From Planctomycetales bacterium (GTDB lineage: Bacteria > Planctomycetota > Planctomycetia > Planctomycetales > Planctomycetaceae), in the NCBI GenBank assembly GCA_044359065.1, contig JBIKMW010000001.1, forward strand, positions 133,802 through 197,801: 64,000 bases of DNA. The letters run 5' to 3'. Below are positions 9,607-19,300 of the stretch, in pieces. Position 1 is the stretch's first letter, and each line of letters starts with the position of its first letter. A program made the position numbers and the translations under genes. The notes beneath the pieces were generated by a model, which was not told the DNA's origin, did no database searches, and worked only from the letters and a program-made list of their open reading frames with translations.

Positions 9607-11013
9607 TCAGGGGGCGGCCGATGCGGCCGGCACGGGGAGCCCCATACCGACGAGCAATGCATCCCGTCGGGCTTCCACGTCGAAGGGAGCGACCTCTTTG
9701 AATGCGGGGGTTTTCGTTCTTTTCGCGGCCCCCTTGGCAACCTTTGCCGCAGCCCCCCCTTGCGCCCCTTCTCCCTTTTTCTCGGCGAGCTTTTCTTGAA
9801 TCCGCTTCAGGTTGGCGTCTTGTTTGACCAACTGGCCGGTCGCCTGTTCGTAGGTTCTGACAATCGCCGCTCGCTGCTGCAACACGGCGGCCCCTTGTCG
9901 CTGCACGTTGCCCAGGTCGAGGCTCAACTGCTGACCTTCGCCGGCCAAGGCCCCCGCTTGAGAGCCCAGGTTGGTGAGCTCGGCGTACGCGGTCGAACCC
10001 GGTTTCGGGTTGAGACGTGCCAACTGCGCCTCCTGTTGCTTCAGCCGTTGATACTCGTTCTGAACCGCCACCATGCGTGCCTGCAGACCGGACGCGGACT
10101 GCACGAGTTGATTGAGCGTGATGTCGACCTTGGAAATGTTGTCGTCGTACCAGGTCTTCCATTGCTCCGCCGTTTTCTTGACGTTTTCCCGAGCTTTTTC
10201 GCTCTTCTTTTGCGTCTTCTCGACCCGTGCCGCCTCTTCGTTCTCCCGTTTCGTCTTGAGCGATCCCCCGGGCTTCACGGCCACGGCGTCGGTTTTCCCG
10301 TCACCGGCGGGGATGACCGGCTTACCCGCACCGTTTTCCTCGGGTTGCGGCGGGGTGGCGGGTACCGTCGCACTTGGCACATCCGCGTCTGTCGCAGTCG
10401 TTTTCGAGGTCGCGTCGTCCGTCCCCACGGCGACCTCGGCGCCACCCTGCTCGAAAGCCGGGCGATGTTCGTCACCGAGGATCGACGCCACCAAACGGGC
10501 CTGCGTCTCGTGCAGTTCCTTCGACTTGGGTGCGTCGAGGGTTTGCGCGAGCGCCGCCATCGTGCGACCCAGCCATTTTGCGGCGGCCTGACGCTCCTCA
10601 ATCTTGACGGGGGTCGCTTCGTACACGACCAGCTTCGCATAGGCCTCCAAGAGGGGATACCCCCCCTTCAGGTCCTTCGCCGCCAACCGGCACCAGATCT
10701 CCCCCTCCCACGCGCCAAACAGCGGTTGGGCCTGTCTCGCATCGGCGAACGCCGCCTGGGCCTCCCGATACTTCAACTGCTTCACCAGCACCAATCCCAA
10801 GGCATAGTCCGCCTTGGCTTGCGACTCTTTGTCGGGAGCCTTCTTGAGGTTCGCATGCGCCTGCTTCGCTTCGGCGATCCCCTTCGCGCCGGTGGTCATG
10901 CCGTCAACCAACAGTTTCGACCAGATTTCCGGCACGGCTTCGGCGGCGAACACGCTTCCGGCCAGCACCGCCCACACCAACCCGGCTGGACCGATCCGAC
11001 TTTCTCGACGCAT
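9607..11013 (-). CDS. Secreted protein with a TPR-like N-terminal half and a coiled-coil C-terminal half
   Basis: ATG at 11013. Signal-like GLVWAVLAGSVFAAEA. A TPR-like segment, KADYALGLVLVKQLKYREAQAAF. A long heptad-like, Q/A/K/E-rich C-terminal half. Same strand as the NTPase gene and 331 bp upstream of it. Confidence 0.6.
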   Translation of the reverse strand: MRRESRIGPAGLVWAVLAGSVFAAEAVPEIWSKLLVDGMTTGAKGIAEAKQAHANLKKAPDKESQAKADYALGLVLVKQLKYREAQAAFADARQAQPLFGAWEGEIWCRLAAKDLKGGYPLLEAYAKLVVYEATPVKIEERQAAAKWLGRTMAALAQTLDAPKSKELHETQARLVASILGDEHRPAFEQGGAEVAVGTDDATSKTTATDADVPSATVPATPPQPEENGAGKPVIPAGDGKTDAVAVKPGGSLKTKRENEEAARVEKTQKKSEKARENVKKTAEQWKTWYDDNISKVDITLNQLVQSASGLQARMVAVQNEYQRLKQQEAQLARLNPKPGSTAYAELTNLGSQAGALAGEGQQLSLDLGNVQRQGAAVLQQRAAIVRTYEQATGQLVKQDANLKRIQEKLAEKKGEGAQGGAAAKVAKGAAKRTKTPAFKEVAPFDVEARRDALLVGMGLPVPAASAAP

Positions 11014-11220
11014 GACACTCTCCCCCGTTCGCGATTACGTCCCGATTTCCACACCCCCCGGACATTACCAGAGTCTACAACCGCACTCGTGCCCCTTCAC
11101 CTCCGAAACCCGATCTCCACTCTCGCGCTCTTCCCGCCGGTATTCAACAATCGCCGAGATTCGCGCATGATGGTTCACGTGGTACGCGATCGGCGTCCCG
11201 TTCCGACTGGAGCATCGAGC

Positions 11221-12627
11221 ATGCAAGACTTGCGTCACGCGCCGAACCTTTGGTTTTTCGCCCGCCTGTGCGTCCTCATCGCGGTGTTGATCGGGTTTCC
11301 GGACTCGATGTCCGTTTTCGCGGATGAAATCGGGTTGGCGTTCGCACCGGAGACCGACCGTGGCGCGAACACGAAACCCAACGTCGCCGAGCAGGAAATC
11401 CCCGAGGCGGTGAAGTCGGGGCTGGTGCTGGTCGAAGTCGTGGACCGCGACGGCATGGTGCGACAACATGGCGTCGGTGTGGTGGTCGACACCGCGATCG
11501 TCGCCACCAATCTTTCGTCACTCCGCCGCGGCGAACGGCTGTTGGTCGGCTGGTCCGATGGTCGCACCGTTCCCGCGGAGGGGGTGTTGGCGTTCGATCG
11601 CGAATTGGACATCGCACTGGTGAAACTGACGCTTCCCGCGGACATGAGCGTGCCGCCGCTCAAGGTGAAAGCGGCTCCCGATCCGGGTCAAGCCTTCGCG
11701 TTCATGGGACTCGCTCCGACGCGGGAAGTCGTATCCCGTCCGGCCATGATCGTCGAGCGCCCGACCCTTCCCGCGCCGGAAGACCATTTGGTGTGCGACG
11801 CGCTGTTGCCGGAAGGTTGTCCGGGGGGAGCGTGGTTCACTCCCGAGGGGGAATTGCTCGGTCTGTGGACATGGTCCGCGCGTCAGCGGTCGGGCGAAAC
11901 CGTGGGAGTCCCCGGGCAGGTGCTCAAGAACATGCTCCGTCGCCAGCAGGAACGGGTGCCGCTCACGCTCCCCGAACTGCGTCGCAAGCTGAACACTTTG
12001 ACCAACGTCTGGACCCCACTGTACCCATCCCGCAAGCTGGCCCCCGCGAAAGCCGAGAAGGGCCAACTGCTCCCCGAATTGCGTACCGACGTACGCTTCA
12101 CCGGTCCCAAGCCGGGTGACCCGTTCCACCTGGGCGAGTTCCGCACCGACGGCGGGTGGAGAATCGCCGACCGCCTGCTCGTCGCGCCCCCCGACACAGC
12201 CGTCGCCCTGCGGATCGCCACCGCCGACACGTTCTCGCTGGAGATCGACGCGGACGCAGGCGCGCCCGGTGGCTGGTTCGTGTGGTTCGGCGCGGACGAT
12301 CGCAATGGTTATGTGCTGTCCAACGTAACGCTCAAAACGAGCGGCAGCCCGTGGATGCTGTGCGAAATGCGCGACGGCACGTGCCGGGCGGACACGTTTC
12401 GCGAACTTGGTCGCTCAAATTGGAAAGGGGTGCAAAAACTGATGCTGTCGGTCGGCGGCAACAGTCGGGGCGAGTACCGCCTCGAAGCGGCGCTTAACGG
12501 CAAGGCGATGTTCGATGCGGTCGAACTACCCGCTTACGTCGAAGGGGACATCGTGCTCGGGACCTATGGAACCCGCTATGGCACAAAACCCGTGCGCATC
12601 CAATCGATTCGCGGCAAGATTCGGTGA
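11221..12627 (+). CDS. Trypsin-fold (HtrA-like) pseudo-protease fused to a DUF1080/ConA-like beta-sandwich domain
   Basis: ATG at 11221, with an alternative at 11167. N-terminal anchor NLWFFARLCVLIAVLIGF. The S1 core has VGVVVDTAIVATNLSS (His position is Ser), DIALVKL (Asp kept) and GCPGGAWF (Ser position is Pro). The C-terminal GWRIADRLLV...IVLGTYGTRYGTKPVRIQSIRGKI is DUF1080-like. Confidence 0.6.
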   Translation: MQDLRHAPNLWFFARLCVLIAVLIGFPDSMSVFADEIGLAFAPETDRGANTKPNVAEQEIPEAVKSGLVLVEVVDRDGMVRQHGVGVVVDTAIVATNLSSLRRGERLLVGWSDGRTVPAEGVLAFDRELDIALVKLTLPADMSVPPLKVKAAPDPGQAFAFMGLAPTREVVSRPAMIVERPTLPAPEDHLVCDALLPEGCPGGAWFTPEGELLGLWTWSARQRSGETVGVPGQVLKNMLRRQQERVPLTLPELRRKLNTLTNVWTPLYPSRKLAPAKAEKGQLLPELRTDVRFTGPKPGDPFHLGEFRTDGGWRIADRLLVAPPDTAVALRIATADTFSLEIDADAGAPGGWFVWFGADDRNGYVLSNVTLKTSGSPWMLCEMRDGTCRADTFRELGRSNWKGVQKLMLSVGGNSRGEYRLEAALNGKAMFDAVELPAYVEGDIVLGTYGTRYGTKPVRIQSIRGKIR

Positions 12628-12649
12628 CGCGCGTCCGGACCGCCCTGCC

Positions 12650-13000
12650 TCACCAACCCAGCGACATGTTCGTTTCGATCGCGCGCTGCGCGTCGTGCAG
12701 GTCGCAACCGGTATCGAGCATGAACAACCGGATGGCGTGGACCTTGTCCCCTTGCGCGCGGGCCAGGCAATCTCGGGCGATGTCGCTCGGTTCGGCGGTC
12801 CCCTTGATGCCGAGCAACCGCTTGGAAATCACCCAGATGTCGCGCGGGCGTTTCGTGATCCGGACGATATCGTCTTCCGGATAATGTTGCTTGGCGATCT
12901 CGACCGAGTGCTCGCGCGAAGTGGCCCACGCGATCATGATGTGGTTGTCGGTCTCGATCTCGTACAGGGCGGAGACGGCGGTTTCGGTGGCGGTCGACAT
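12650..13000 (-). CDS. Small hypothetical protein with an L7/L12-CTD-like C-terminal motif
   Basis: ATG at 13000. Balanced amino-acid composition, unlike the shadow ORFs. The C-terminal GDKVHAIRLFMLDTGCDLHDAQRAIE resembles the G-KI-AIK-YRE-TG-GLKEAK-VE motif. Confidence 0.5.
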   Translation of the reverse strand: MSTATETAVSALYEIETDNHIMIAWATSREHSVEIAKQHYPEDDIVRITKRPRDIWVISKRLLGIKGTAEPSDIARDCLARAQGDKVHAIRLFMLDTGCDLHDAQRAIETNMSLGW

Positions 13001-13237
13001 GCAATAACCTCCGCAGCGGGACGAACCCCCGAGCGCATCCTCGAAGCACTTTCCGACGACCGCAAGATACGCCCCACCCCGCCTCGAAAAAAGGGGGAGC
13101 CGCCACGAATTCGCGCGGCCCGATCCGACGCGGGTCGATCAACCCGCACCGCGCGAACCACGCCGTTCGGGCGCCGCGAGTCATCCGTGTCGGGAGGCGA
13201 CCGTTTTGCCCTCAGAGAGCCTTGATATCCGACGGTT

Positions 13238-15697
13238 TCAATAGCCGACCGTCACTCCGGCGTAGCCGTTGATCCCCGGTTGAATCGTGCCGAAGCCCGA
13301 CCGCAAATCGAGGTGCTCGCGATAGCGCGAGTCGGCGAGGTTCTCGATCCCGGCGAAGACCTGCCAGTTCTCGCGCGGCTTCCATGTTGTCCGCAGGTCG
13401 ATCACCGCGAAGCTCGAAGTGTCCTGCTCGAAGAACGTGCCAGCCACGCGCCGCTGGGGCGAGACCAGACGCACGCTCGGCTCGATTGTCCACAACGTCT
13501 GATTCTCGATCGGGTGGAAGCGGCATCCCACCCGTCCCTCGAGGGGAACGATCCCTGGCAACGGTTCTTTCTCGACCGTCCCCTGTCCGCGCGAAAACCC
13601 CTGGCCCTCCGCGTCGCGTCGCTGGTTCACCCCCTCCACGTACGCCACCACGCCGAACAGCGTCGCGTAAGGAGCCACGTCCCGCTCGGCGTACGCTTCG
13701 CCGCCAGCGAGCGTCGCCAACGGCGTGTTGACGTACGCGACCGACAACGCGTTGTTGACGAACAGGTTCTGGGGCCCCAGCGGCGTAAACGTGACGAAGT
13801 CGTGGACCCACGCGTGAAACACACGGCCCCGCACCAGCGTCGCTTCGTCGCGCCAACTCGCCCCGAGGTCGATCTGAAAACTCTTCTCCTTTGCAAGGTT
13901 CGGACTCCCGCGCACCGCGGAGAAGCCCTGTTGCAACAGTCCCAGGAATGGCGACAACGCGTACAACTCGATCAACGTCGGCGTGCGCTCGGCGTATCCG
14001 GCCCCCGCGTTCAAGGTCCATTGGTCCGTGAGGTCGTATTCCGTCGTCGCATACAGCGCGAATAACGGGAACGTGCGATACGTCTCCTGCGTCCCCAACT
14101 GATCCAGCAGTTCGGCCTCGGTGTAACGGATCGTCGGCGTGCGCAGCGGCAGTTCCTGGATGTCGGTGGCGGCGATCCCCGCGCGCCCGCCGAAGCGAAA
14201 GCGAACCTGTTCGGTGAGGGGAATCTCCGATTCGGCGAACAGGCCGGGGTCGACGGTGTACGACTTTGGCAGCGGAGAATTCCGTGTCACGCGCCGCACT
14301 CCGCCGATTCCGAACGTGTTGAACGTCGAGATTTCGTCCAGGTCCTGACGGATAAAGCGCAGATCCGTCCCGACGGTCGCTTTCGCCGATCCGCTTTCGC
14401 CCCACTCCAGCAGTCCGCGATAGCCGGTGTTGAGCAGATTCACGTCCGTAAAGCCGACGTATTGCGGGCGATCCAGCGCTGGGATTTGCCGCCGTTTGTC
14501 CGGATTCTGCGCGTCGCCGTTGAATGCCGTGTCGTTGAGCCAGACGTTCACCTCCGCTAGGTCGTACCAACCCCCCTCGAACATCGAATACCGCACGTCG
14601 ACCGCGTCGGTGCGCAACGAGTCGATGTCGAAAATCTGTCCGGAAAACTCCACGTCGTTTTGATCCAACCGGAAGTAGTTCACTTCCAGCCGCGAATCGG
14701 GAGTCGGATCGATGCCGACGGCCAGGTCGAGCACGCCCGATCGATAACCCGACGGCACGCGGTTCCCTTGGCCGTCGTGATAGTCGTCTCCCGCGCGGTA
14801 GCCGTAGCCCAATCGCACGCCCCAGTCCTCGCCCCCACCCCAGACGCTTTGCCGCCCAGAGGCCTGCGGGCCTTGGCTCTGAAAGGCGAGCGATGTCTGA
14901 CCGTGGAACTCCGGCGCGTCCTCGTACCGTGGCGTCGGTTTGAATCCCACGTCCAGGAACGCCAAGCCGGGTCCGTATCGCGCCGCATAAGGCCCCGCAA
15001 CCACGTTGACCCGGTCGAGGATGTCCGAGTCGAGCTTGCTGATCGGCGTGTCGAGGTCCGGTCGGCCGGGAATGTAATTGGAGCCGGACGCCAGCAACTG
15101 CCCCGGGCGGGTCCCTCTCACACGCGGATCCCGGACGATCGGATTGCGGCGCTGGGTCGCAACGGCGTGAGAGTCCGGCGTACGCTCAATCAAACTGGCC
15201 GCGTCGCTCGCCACGCCGTTGACGCCCGGCTTGCCCTCGACCCGGGTGGAGGCGGGACCTCCCGTGGCACGCGCCCCGGACACCCGATCAGGAAACGCAT
15301 CCTGCCGCGAATTCGCGGCGGGAGCATCGGCCGGCAGCAAGTTGTCAGCACGTCGCGGACGGGTGAGTTGCTCCGCCTGCACGGGCAAAAGGATCGGGGC
15401 GTCGAGAAAGACCTGGTCCGGATCGAGTGGCAAGAACTCCCGGTCCTGCGGGACTTCGCCAAGCTCTTCGAGAGCCTTCACGACCGAAGGATGAGCGTCG
15501 CTCCAGTGGACCGACTCGGCCGATTTTGAGGTCGCCGAATTCTTGGTCGACGCCGGTTCCGCCGCGGACGCCCCTACAGGGCCCGCTCCCCAACCACTCG
15601 TGGTCACGACCAGAGCGCCGCCGAGCCAGCAAGAGGCGCGTCGGCGTCGCGAACCGCTGTTCCACGAAGTTTTCGCGGCCTGGCCTGCCTCCGCCAT
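13238..15697 (-). CDS. TonB-dependent receptor-like outer-membrane beta-barrel
   Basis: ATG at 15697. Signal-like WLGGALVVTTSGWGAG. Plug-type motif ILDRVNVVAGPYAARYGPGLAFLDV. Alternating beta-strand pattern throughout. Aromatic C-terminus (GYAGVTVGY). Confidence 0.75.
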   Translation of the reverse strand: MAEAGQAAKTSWNSGSRRRRASCWLGGALVVTTSGWGAGPVGASAAEPASTKNSATSKSAESVHWSDAHPSVVKALEELGEVPQDREFLPLDPDQVFLDAPILLPVQAEQLTRPRRADNLLPADAPAANSRQDAFPDRVSGARATGGPASTRVEGKPGVNGVASDAASLIERTPDSHAVATQRRNPIVRDPRVRGTRPGQLLASGSNYIPGRPDLDTPISKLDSDILDRVNVVAGPYAARYGPGLAFLDVGFKPTPRYEDAPEFHGQTSLAFQSQGPQASGRQSVWGGGEDWGVRLGYGYRAGDDYHDGQGNRVPSGYRSGVLDLAVGIDPTPDSRLEVNYFRLDQNDVEFSGQIFDIDSLRTDAVDVRYSMFEGGWYDLAEVNVWLNDTAFNGDAQNPDKRRQIPALDRPQYVGFTDVNLLNTGYRGLLEWGESGSAKATVGTDLRFIRQDLDEISTFNTFGIGGVRRVTRNSPLPKSYTVDPGLFAESEIPLTEQVRFRFGGRAGIAATDIQELPLRTPTIRYTEAELLDQLGTQETYRTFPLFALYATTEYDLTDQWTLNAGAGYAERTPTLIELYALSPFLGLLQQGFSAVRGSPNLAKEKSFQIDLGASWRDEATLVRGRVFHAWVHDFVTFTPLGPQNLFVNNALSVAYVNTPLATLAGGEAYAERDVAPYATLFGVVAYVEGVNQRRDAEGQGFSRGQGTVEKEPLPGIVPLEGRVGCRFHPIENQTLWTIEPSVRLVSPQRRVAGTFFEQDTSSFAVIDLRTTWKPRENWQVFAGIENLADSRYREHLDLRSGFGTIQPGINGYAGVTVGY

Positions 15698-16107
15698 GTC
15701 GCGTCCCTGCACGCACCGGCTGGAATCTCCCCGATGCGACTCCGCGACGCACCGCCACCTATCTGCGGAAGGTCGGTCGCGGCAGCCCCGCCACTCCACG
15801 CGGCGCCCCCCGGCGCCCAAAACTCTGCCCGAAACGACTCAAGGGATGGCCCCAAACTCCTTAAGGCGTAGCGATCACGTCGAGATTCCGGAATGCGCGG
15901 TTTGGGTGGTGGCTTGGCACGCGTCGATTGCCAGCGGCGTGCACTTCGCATTCACGCCGCCGTCGACTGCGTCATGGTTTTGCCAAGCGCCCCATCACGC
16001 CGGATCGCACTCACGCCCGGGACGCATGGAATTCGATAGACACGCAGTGACATTTGTTTATATATTCGTGTTTCCGCCGATGTCGATGAAGTTCAGGGGT
16101 ATCCCAC

Positions 16108-17451
16108 ATGACTGTTGCGACTCGATCTCCGTTCTGTGACGGTCTCTCCCGCCGCACGATGTTGCACGCCGGGGCGTTGGCGATGGGCGGTCTGTCGTTG
16201 CCGCAATTGCTCCAGGCCGAAGCGATTACCGGAAAAAAGTCGCAAAAGTCGATCATCATGGTCTTTCTTTCGGGAGGCCCTCCACATCAGGACATGGTCG
16301 ACCTGAAGCCCGAGGCTCCTGTCGAGATCCGTGGCGAATTCAAGCCGATCGCGACGAACGTTCCGGGCATCGATATCTGCGAACATCTGCCGCGGCTGGC
16401 TCAGCGGATGGATCGGCTCGCCGTCATCCGGTCGTTGGTCGGTTCCGAAGGTCGGCATGCGTCGTATCAATGCATGACCGGGCACGGCATTCTCAATCAA
16501 CCGCCGGGCGGATGGCCGGCTTTTGGTTGTGCCGTTTCAAAACTGCAAGGGACAGCCGCGCCCGGCATGATCCCATACGTCTGTCTTTCGCCCAAAATGA
16601 AGGGCTCGTTCTGGGCGGATCCCGGTTCCCCCGGATTTGCGGGTCAGGCACACGCTCCTTTCTGCCCGAACGCTCAGCAAACGCAGCTCAATTTGAACGG
16701 CATCGGTTTCGATCGGTTGCACCATCGAAAAGCGCTGCTGGACGGCATCGACCAGTTGAACCGGCAGGCCGAGCGGAACCAGGCGATCCAGGGCCTTTCA
16801 AAAAACTACCAGGATGCCTTCGGACTGCTCACCTCAAGCAAGCTGATGGACGCCCTCGATCTCGAACAGGAGGATCCGAAGATTCGCGACTGGTACGGCC
16901 GCGGCGCACCGGAGCCGGCTGGTTATGGCGATGCAGGTCCGCTGATGAACGATTACCTGCTCGCCGCGCGGCGGCTTGTCGAAGCGGGCGTTCGCGTGGT
17001 GACTCTCGCCTATGGCCGCTGGGACTGGCACGGACGTCCACACGGGACGAACTTCGAAAACGCCCGCGACCATCTTCCGATCTTCGATCAGGGAATCAGC
17101 GCGTTGCTGGACGACTTGCGAGAGCGCGGCATGGATCGGGACACCACCGTCCTTGTGTGGGGCGAATTCGGTCGCACCCCGACGATCAACAAGAACGGCG
17201 GTCGCGACCATTGGCCACAGGTGGGTTGTGCGATGCTCGCCGGTGGCGGTATCAGGACCGGCTTGGTCGTCGGTGCCACGAACAAGCTGGGTGAATACGC
17301 CACCGAGCGGCCCGTCCACTTCCAGGAGGTGTTCGCCACGCTGTATCACAACCTCGGCCTCGACCCGCAGTCCACGACACTCCCCGACCGCAGTGGCCGC
17401 CCCATGTATCTCGTCGATCCGATCTACCCGCCGATTCGCGAACTTGTGTAA
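16108..17451 (+). CDS. DUF1501 domain protein (sulfatase-fold, Tat signal)
   Basis: SRRTMLHAGALAMGGLSL is a twin-arginine-like leader. The hallmarks GGPPHQDMVDLKP, WDWHG, GEFGRTP and GGRDHWP are present. Confidence 0.85.
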   Translation: MTVATRSPFCDGLSRRTMLHAGALAMGGLSLPQLLQAEAITGKKSQKSIIMVFLSGGPPHQDMVDLKPEAPVEIRGEFKPIATNVPGIDICEHLPRLAQRMDRLAVIRSLVGSEGRHASYQCMTGHGILNQPPGGWPAFGCAVSKLQGTAAPGMIPYVCLSPKMKGSFWADPGSPGFAGQAHAPFCPNAQQTQLNLNGIGFDRLHHRKALLDGIDQLNRQAERNQAIQGLSKNYQDAFGLLTSSKLMDALDLEQEDPKIRDWYGRGAPEPAGYGDAGPLMNDYLLAARRLVEAGVRVVTLAYGRWDWHGRPHGTNFENARDHLPIFDQGISALLDDLRERGMDRDTTVLVWGEFGRTPTINKNGGRDHWPQVGCAMLAGGGIRTGLVVGATNKLGEYATERPVHFQEVFATLYHNLGLDPQSTTLPDRSGRPMYLVDPIYPPIRELV

Positions 17452-17455
17452 CGAC

Positions 17456-18340
17456 ATGCGCCTCGAACTTCTTCGCTCGTTCACACATGGCAATTCGGTC
17501 TACTCGGCGGCGTTCTCGGCGAAGGCCGATCGACTCGCCACGGCCAGCCTCGACAACTTCGTAAAGGTCTGGAACCTTGCCGATGGCCAACTCGTCGCCA
17601 CACTGAAGGGCCACGGCGACGGAGTCTGCTTTGTCGGCTACCTCCCCAACGGACGGATCGGCACGGTGTCACTCGACCGAACTGTCCGCGTCTGGCCGGC
17701 GGACGGCGGCACCGCCGAGGCGACATTGACGGGCCATCAGGACTATCCCACGTCCGGAGCCGTCGGTCGTACCTCCGCGAACATGGTCTCCGGCGGTTTC
17801 GACAAAACCGTGCGACTCTGGGATGTGCAGTCGAACACGCCGGTCGCCGTTCTGGCGGGACACGAGGGGAACATTCAGTCGGTCGCGTTGACCGGCAACA
17901 ATAAATTCGCGGGGTCCGGCGGCGACGATCAGACCGCGCGGCTCTGGAATCTCGAAACCAGGTCCCTGGCGAAGACTTTGCGGGGGCATTCCAAGGCGGT
18001 CGAGGGGGTCGCGTTTTCGCCCGACGACAAACACTTCGCCTCCGCGGGAGCCGACGGACATCTCAAGCTCTGGACGGTCGAGGGAGACTCGGTCGGCGAT
18101 TGGGAAGTTCCCGATATCAAACTGAAATCGGTCTGTTTCTCGCCCGACGGTCGGTATGTCGTCACGGGTGGCGCGGACGGGGTCCTTCGTGCCTGGAATC
18201 CGGCAAAACGGGAACCGGCCCTGATTTGGCCCGCGCACAAGAACACCATCTACGGCGTCACGTTCAGTTCGGACGGCAAACTCTTCGCCAGCGCCGGCTA
18301 CGACCGCACGATTCACGTGTGGAAAGTCATCCACGACTGA
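17456..18340 (+). CDS. WD40-repeat protein (about 7 blades)
   Basis: ATG at 17456, 4 nt after the DUF1501 stop. Repeated GH...D..V.(V/L)W units are present: LKGHGDGV, LTGHQDY, LAGHEGNIQSV, LRGHSKAVEGVAFSPD, KLWTV, LRAWN, IHVWKV. Confidence 0.85.
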   Translation: MRLELLRSFTHGNSVYSAAFSAKADRLATASLDNFVKVWNLADGQLVATLKGHGDGVCFVGYLPNGRIGTVSLDRTVRVWPADGGTAEATLTGHQDYPTSGAVGRTSANMVSGGFDKTVRLWDVQSNTPVAVLAGHEGNIQSVALTGNNKFAGSGGDDQTARLWNLETRSLAKTLRGHSKAVEGVAFSPDDKHFASAGADGHLKLWTVEGDSVGDWEVPDIKLKSVCFSPDGRYVVTGGADGVLRAWNPAKREPALIWPAHKNTIYGVTFSSDGKLFASAGYDRTIHVWKVIHD

Positions 18341-18397
18341 TGGCGGGGCCTTCCAGCAAGCTCCCCTCACCCGACCCGCTCACCGCGACCTTCTCCT

Positions 18398-19300
18398 TCA
18401 CCGCGCTCGTCCCGTCAAAAATGCCCGCAACGCGGCTTCCACCGGTTGATCGGTCCGAATCCGCACGTATTCGAATCGCAAGTCGCGACAGATGCGTTCC
18501 GTGGCGTGCAAAAAGCGCTGGAACTCGCCGCGATAGGCATCCCGCAGCGCTCGAGCGTCCACCAATTTCGGCGGCAAAGCCTCCAGGCCCCGGAATAACG
18601 TCAGCTCGCGAAAATCGAAATCCTCCTCGGCAGGGTCGATCACATGCAGCACGGCCACATCGTGCCGCTTGTGCCGCAGGTGCTTGAGACCCAGTTCGAC
18701 GCTCGCCGGATCGTCGAACAGATCGCTCACCACGACCACCAGCCCCCGTCGCGAGATCCGCTCGGCCACGTCGTGCAGGATCGGTCCCAGCGCGGTTTCT
18801 CCCGCCGGTTCCGTCGTCTCCAGCACGTGGCACAATTGCTTCAGGTGGGACGCATGTCCGGCGGCGCGGACGATCTGGCGGACGCGGCTGTCGAAGGTAG
18901 CCAGTCCCGCCGCATCCTGCTGCCGCAGCACCAGGCACGATAAGGCCGCCACGAGCAGCTTGGAGTATTCGAGCTTCGACGGCCCCCCCGCCTTCGAGCC
19001 GTACTTCATCGACTCGCTGGCATCGAGGACGAAGTGGCAGGCGAAGTTCGTCTCTTCCTCGAATTGCTTCAGGTAAATGCGGTCGCTCTTTCCGAACACT
19101 TTCCAGTCGACGTACCGCAAGTCGTCACCCGGCACGTACTCGCGATGCTCGGCGAACTCGACCGAGAACCCGTGGAACGGGCTGCGATGCGCCCCGGTAA
19201 CGTACCCCTCGACGATCCGCCGTGCGGCGAGGGACAACCCCTCGACACGCGCCAACACGTCGGGATCGAGCAGATTCGTATGGGCGTCGGACGTACTCAA
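18398..19300 (-). CDS. DUF58 domain protein (vWA-like, normally a MoxR partner)
   Basis: HRSPFHGFSVEFAEHREYVPGDDLRYVDWKVFGKSDRIYLKQFEEE. The start codon at 19300 is TTG and there is no upstream in-frame ATG. Confidence 0.8.
   Translation of the reverse strand: MSTSDAHTNLLDPDVLARVEGLSLAARRIVEGYVTGAHRSPFHGFSVEFAEHREYVPGDDLRYVDWKVFGKSDRIYLKQFEEETNFACHFVLDASESMKYGSKAGGPSKLEYSKLLVAALSCLVLRQQDAAGLATFDSRVRQIVRAAGHASHLKQLCHVLETTEPAGETALGPILHDVAERISRRGLVVVVSDLFDDPASVELGLKHLRHKRHDVAVLHVIDPAEEDFDFRELTLFRGLEALPPKLVDARALRDAYRGEFQRFLHATERICRDLRFEYVRIRTDQPVEAALRAFLTGRAR

Noticed and set aside
9760-11220. First roughly 490 codons of the 955-aa plus-strand track ORF
   Set aside because: It is antisense to the well-supported 9607-11013 gene and has an Arg/Leu/Gly/Pro-rich composition with no motifs. 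The protein-like sequence begins only at the ATG at 11167 or 11221. It is a typical high-GC shadow ORF.
15698-16107. Cobalamin or other riboswitch upstream of the TonB-type receptor gene
   Set aside because: There is no B12-box-like AGYCMGGAGACCKGCC or other riboswitch core that I recognise in either orientation. Only an AT-rich promoter-like patch (tgtttatatattcg), which belongs to the divergent DUF1501 gene side.
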